Source: Candidatus Latescibacterota bacterium (lineage in GTDB: Bacteria; Latescibacterota; UBA2968). From it: a DNA stretch of 64,000 nt. The position numbers and the translations under genes were made by a program. Shown in pieces: positions 61,071 to 64,000 of the stretch. The stretch's first letter is position 1. Every line of letters begins with the position of its first letter. The stretch is from assembly GCA_965205975.1 (NCBI GenBank), contig OZ242195.1, forward strand, positions 3,030,656-3,094,655. Reading direction: 5' to 3'. The notes under the pieces are model-generated. The model was not told the origin of the DNA. It searched no databases and saw only the letters and a list, made by a program, of their open reading frames with translations.

Positions 61071-62984
61071 CTAATTGAGATGGATAGCCCTGGCCTGTCT
61101 TTGCACCAACACCAGAACGAGAAAAATCGCCATCCCAATGACATGACATACCAGCAAAGGCCAGAGCATCAGAACCGCTGCCACCAGGAATAAGACGCGG
61201 TATAATACACTCAGCGACACCATATGAAAACCCTCAGAAGCCGCCGCAAAAGACAGCAATCCCAGAAGCGTAGCTATCGCAGTCTCAATAACGCGCCAGG
61301 TCTCTCCTTCAAAAAGGATGGGCGTGTAGCAAAAAAGCAGGGGAATAAAATAAATGCCCTTGGCAATGCGCCACGACTCAAAACCCGTACGCAGCGGATT
61401 TGCCCCCGCAATACCCGCAGCAGAATACGCAGCCAGACAAACCGGAGGCGTGACATTGGCATCCTGAGAATACCAGAAAATCAGCAAATGCGCCGCAATC
61501 AGACTCACCCCCAGATTGGTCAGCGCAGGCGCAGCCAGCACCGCGAGCACGATATAAGAAGCCGTCACCGGCAGACCCATGCCCAGAATCAGAGACGCAA
61601 TGGCAATAAGCACAACAGTAATGAGCACACTGCTTCCGGCAATCGCCGAAATGAGCAAAGAAAATTTGATCCCAACGCCAACCATCAGCACCACACCCAC
61701 AATAATACCCGCACACAGCAGAATAATACCCGTGGTAATCATATTGTGAGCACCCAGCGCAAGAGCATCGACAATATCGCGGATATTCATGCGCGTATTC
61801 TTATTCAACCAGCTCGCAACAACAATACTCGCGGTTCCCGTTGCCGCCGCAAACGTGGGTGTAAAACCGTAGATCAGTGTACCCACCAGCACCCCAATGG
61901 GAATCGCAAAATGCCAGCCTTCGCGGATCGTATCGCGGATATCCGGAAGTTCCGAAGCAGGCAAGGGCGCAATCCCCCGTTTTCGCGCGCGAAAATGAAT
62001 AAAAAAAGTAACACTCAAAAAATAGATAAGCGCCGGGATAAAAGACACACCTACAATGGTCAAATACGGAATCTGCGTCCACTGACTCATAATAAACGCA
62101 CCCGCACCCATAATCGGCGGCATGAGTTGACCGCCCGTAGATGCCGCCGCCTCGACCGCGCCTGAAAAAGTAGGCGAAAAACCCGTGCGCTTCATCATCG
62201 GAATCGTAAGCGAACCCGACCCCACCGTATTCGCCACAGCACTCCCCGAAATTGAACCGAGCATACCACTGGCAAAAACCGCCATCTTTGCCGGTCCACC
62301 CACCGTGCGCCCCAGCAGCGCGAGCGCCAGACGAATCATAAAATCGCCCGCACCCGAACGCAGGAGAAACGCGCCAAAAAGCACAAAAAGCGCGACAAAA
62401 GTAGATGAAATAGTCGCAATCGTCCCAAAAATACCATCGGGCGCGAAGTACATGCGGTAGAGCAAACGCGGAAATGACACCCCTGGAAACGCCCATATAC
62501 CCGAAATATATTGCCCCCAAAAAAGCGCGTAAGTGAGAAATACAAGCGCGAGCAGTGGAATAAAAAAACCCGTTGTCCGCCGGGTAATCTCGAGCAAAAG
62601 GAGAATCGCGATACCCGCAAAAATGAGATCAGCCGTATTCGGCACCTCATTGCGGGCGTGCAGTGCATCCTCAAAAAACACGAGATAAAGGGCGACGGCA
62701 ACAGATAGGATGGCGAAAAAATAATCGAGAATCAGCGTGCGCGGGGCATAGCGCGTAGAAACGGGATAAAGCAGATATCCCAAAAAAAGAATAAAGGCAT
62801 AATGAGCGGCATTGCGCTGTAATTCGGGCAAAACACCCAGCGTATTGCTCCACAGGTGAAACAGAGACAGGCAAACCCCCACAACAACGACGAGCACCTG
62901 ATGCCTGCCTGTAAGCACGCGATGCGGCGTACTCACTTCGCCGCCGTGATCCTGTTCAACTATGGTCCTATGAGATTCTGGCAT
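61071..62984 (-). CDS. TRAP transporter fused (DctQM-type) permease, TAXI-associated.
   Basis: 637 aa, highly hydrophobic with about 17 TM segments. Adjacent to a TAXI-family solute receptor gene. Confidence 0.7.
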   Translation of the reverse strand: MPESHRTIVEQDHGGEVSTPHRVLTGRHQVLVVVVGVCLSLFHLWSNTLGVLPELQRNAAHYAFILFLGYLLYPVSTRYAPRTLILDYFFAILSVAVALYLVFFEDALHARNEVPNTADLIFAGIAILLLLEITRRTTGFFIPLLALVFLTYALFWGQYISGIWAFPGVSFPRLLYRMYFAPDGIFGTIATISSTFVALFVLFGAFLLRSGAGDFMIRLALALLGRTVGGPAKMAVFASGMLGSISGSAVANTVGSGSLTIPMMKRTGFSPTFSGAVEAAASTGGQLMPPIMGAGAFIMSQWTQIPYLTIVGVSFIPALIYFLSVTFFIHFRARKRGIAPLPASELPDIRDTIREGWHFAIPIGVLVGTLIYGFTPTFAAATGTASIVVASWLNKNTRMNIRDIVDALALGAHNMITTGIILLCAGIIVGVVLMVGVGIKFSLLISAIAGSSVLITVVLIAIASLILGMGLPVTASYIVLAVLAAPALTNLGVSLIAAHLLIFWYSQDANVTPPVCLAAYSAAGIAGANPLRTGFESWRIAKGIYFIPLLFCYTPILFEGETWRVIETAIATLLGLLSFAAASEGFHMVSLSVLYRVLFLVAAVLMLWPLLVCHVIGMAIFLVLVLVQRQARAIHLN

Positions 62985-63013
62985 ATCAGTGGTCAGTAGT
63001 CAGTCCCTCTTTT

Positions 63014-63090
63014 TCATCTGCGTTCATCTGCGTTCATCTGCGGATACTCGCCTTTCACACTTCAAACTTCTCACTTCAAACTTCTCACTC
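63014..63090. repeat. Intergenic tandem repeats: (CATCTGCGT)x3 ending CGGATACTC, followed by (CACTTCAAACTTCT)x2.
   Basis: tcatctgcgttcatctgcgttcatctgcggatactcgcc tttcacacttcaaacttctcacttcaaacttctcact. Confidence 0.9.
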
Positions 63091-64000
63091 CCCTATCAAA
63101 GACGGCGAAATATCGATACCCTTCTCGCTATAATAGCGCACAGCACCCGCATGCAGGGGAACAGCCAGCCCCATCGTGGCTTTATCGAGAGACATTGCGA
63201 GCGTGGCCTTGTGGATATTTTGAATCTCCTCTAAATTCTCATAAATAGTTTTTGTAATCTCATAGACCACATCCTCAGGCAAATCTGCTCTACACGCCAA
63301 AAAATTGGGTTGTGCAATCGTCTCAATCGCTTCGGACTGCCCGGGATACGTATTGGCCGGAATAATATACCGCGTCCACATGGGAAACGCATTTTGGATT
63401 GCCGCGAGGTGATCATCGCTAAAAGCAAGCACAGAAACCCCGTCTGCACCGAGCTGGGCAAAAGCCTGCGTCACAGCAGCCACGGGCGGACCAGCCGAAA
63501 GCGTCGCCCCAGCAATGCGACCGTCAATCATAGCCTGAGCAGACGGACTATAACCCAAATACTCAGACGTAAAATCCTCATCCGGAGAAATATTAAGCGC
63601 TGCGAGAATCGTTCGCGTCGCGCCTTCTGTACCACTGCCGCGTTTGCCAATAACGTATTTGCGGCCGAGTTTTCTCAAGTCCTCAACAGTACCTGTTTTG
63701 GCATCGGACGCCCGAAGTATAAAATGCTCGACATTCTCCCATAGCAGGGTAATAGACCGGAGATCTCTAACCGCTTGCCCCTGATAAGTCCCCTCTCCGC
63801 GATAAGCCATCGTACCGTACAAACCCAGCAAAATCGCCAGATGTGCCTCTCGATTGACCAGCATCTGAATATTCTCGGCCGACCCTGCAGAATTGATAGC
63901 TGCTACCACAATCTTGGGCTGTAGCTTCTGTGTAATCGTCGTACTCAGCGCAACACCCACCGGATAATACGTACCGCCGGGCGTGGCTGTTGCAATAATC
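63085..64000 (-). CDS. TAXI-family TRAP-transporter solute-binding protein (partial, and the N-terminus continues beyond the window end).
   Basis: The frame is open to position 64000. The upstream translation gives ...TPGGTYYPVGVALSTTITQ, the TAXI signature. The C-terminal part ...VPLHAGAVRYYSEKGI is conserved. Confidence 0.7.
   Translation of the reverse strand, partial: IIATATPGGTYYPVGVALSTTITQKLQPKIVVAAINSAGSAENIQMLVNREAHLAILLGLYGTMAYRGEGTYQGQAVRDLRSITLLWENVEHFILRASDAKTGTVEDLRKLGRKYVIGKRGSGTEGATRTILAALNISPDEDFTSEYLGYSPSAQAMIDGRIAGATLSAGPPVAAVTQAFAQLGADGVSVLAFSDDHLAAIQNAFPMWTRYIIPANTYPGQSEAIETIAQPNFLACRADLPEDVVYEITKTIYENLEEIQNIHKATLAMSLDKATMGLAVPLHAGAVRYYSEKGIDISPSLIGE

Overview
This 64 kb window comes from a GC-rich bacterial chromosome (about 60% GC by eye from 1 to 37.3 kb). 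It shows unusually dense short tandem repeats and REP-like palindromes at gene boundaries. An AT-richer segment that looks horizontally acquired runs from about 37.4 to 61 kb.

The GC-rich part contains:
- a split CarbopepD_reg-type TonB-dependent receptor and a small outer-membrane beta-barrel protein;
- two adjacent octaheme c-type cytochromes, one fused to HEAT and TPR repeats;
- an FGE/SUMF1-family enzyme, two Cys-type sulfatases, an orphan YcaO protein overlapping a TPR protein, and an rmlA gene;
- a redoxin, c-type cytochrome and PHM-like copper monooxygenase fusion;
- an aquaporin and arsC pair and an XhlA-like protein;
- a penicillin-acylase family Ntn-hydrolase, a BNR-repeat and amidase fusion, and a catabolic cluster (SDRs, ADC-like, Gfo/Idh/MocA, NTF2-like, tandem CaiB/BaiF CoA-transferase).

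There are two candidate selenoproteins, each with an in-frame TGA exactly at the catalytic cysteine. One is a secreted TlpA-like redoxin fused to Ig-like repeats and a dockerin. The other is a two-domain rhodanese.

The low-GC island begins with an IS256-family element that truncates an ABC exporter gene. It then carries two tandem paralogous modules of a small Cys-containing peptide, a 6-bladed beta-propeller lipoprotein and an FtsX/MacB-like 8-TM permease. Conserved palindromic boxes and a ~190 bp repeat accompany these modules. Next come a membrane thioredoxin, a leaderless S8 subtilase, an ACP, an NDP-sugar dehydrogenase, DUF354 and a radical-SAM/SPASM enzyme. The radical-SAM gene is preceded by an unannotated 58-aa precursor-like peptide gene. 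A canonical sigma-54 promoter and a palindromic upstream activator site sit in front of that peptide. Immediately upstream is a frameshift-split giant Ser/Thr-kinase, STAND, TPR, GAF and sigma-54 activator gene.

The window ends with a TAXI-TRAP transporter. Its substrate-binding gene continues past 64000.
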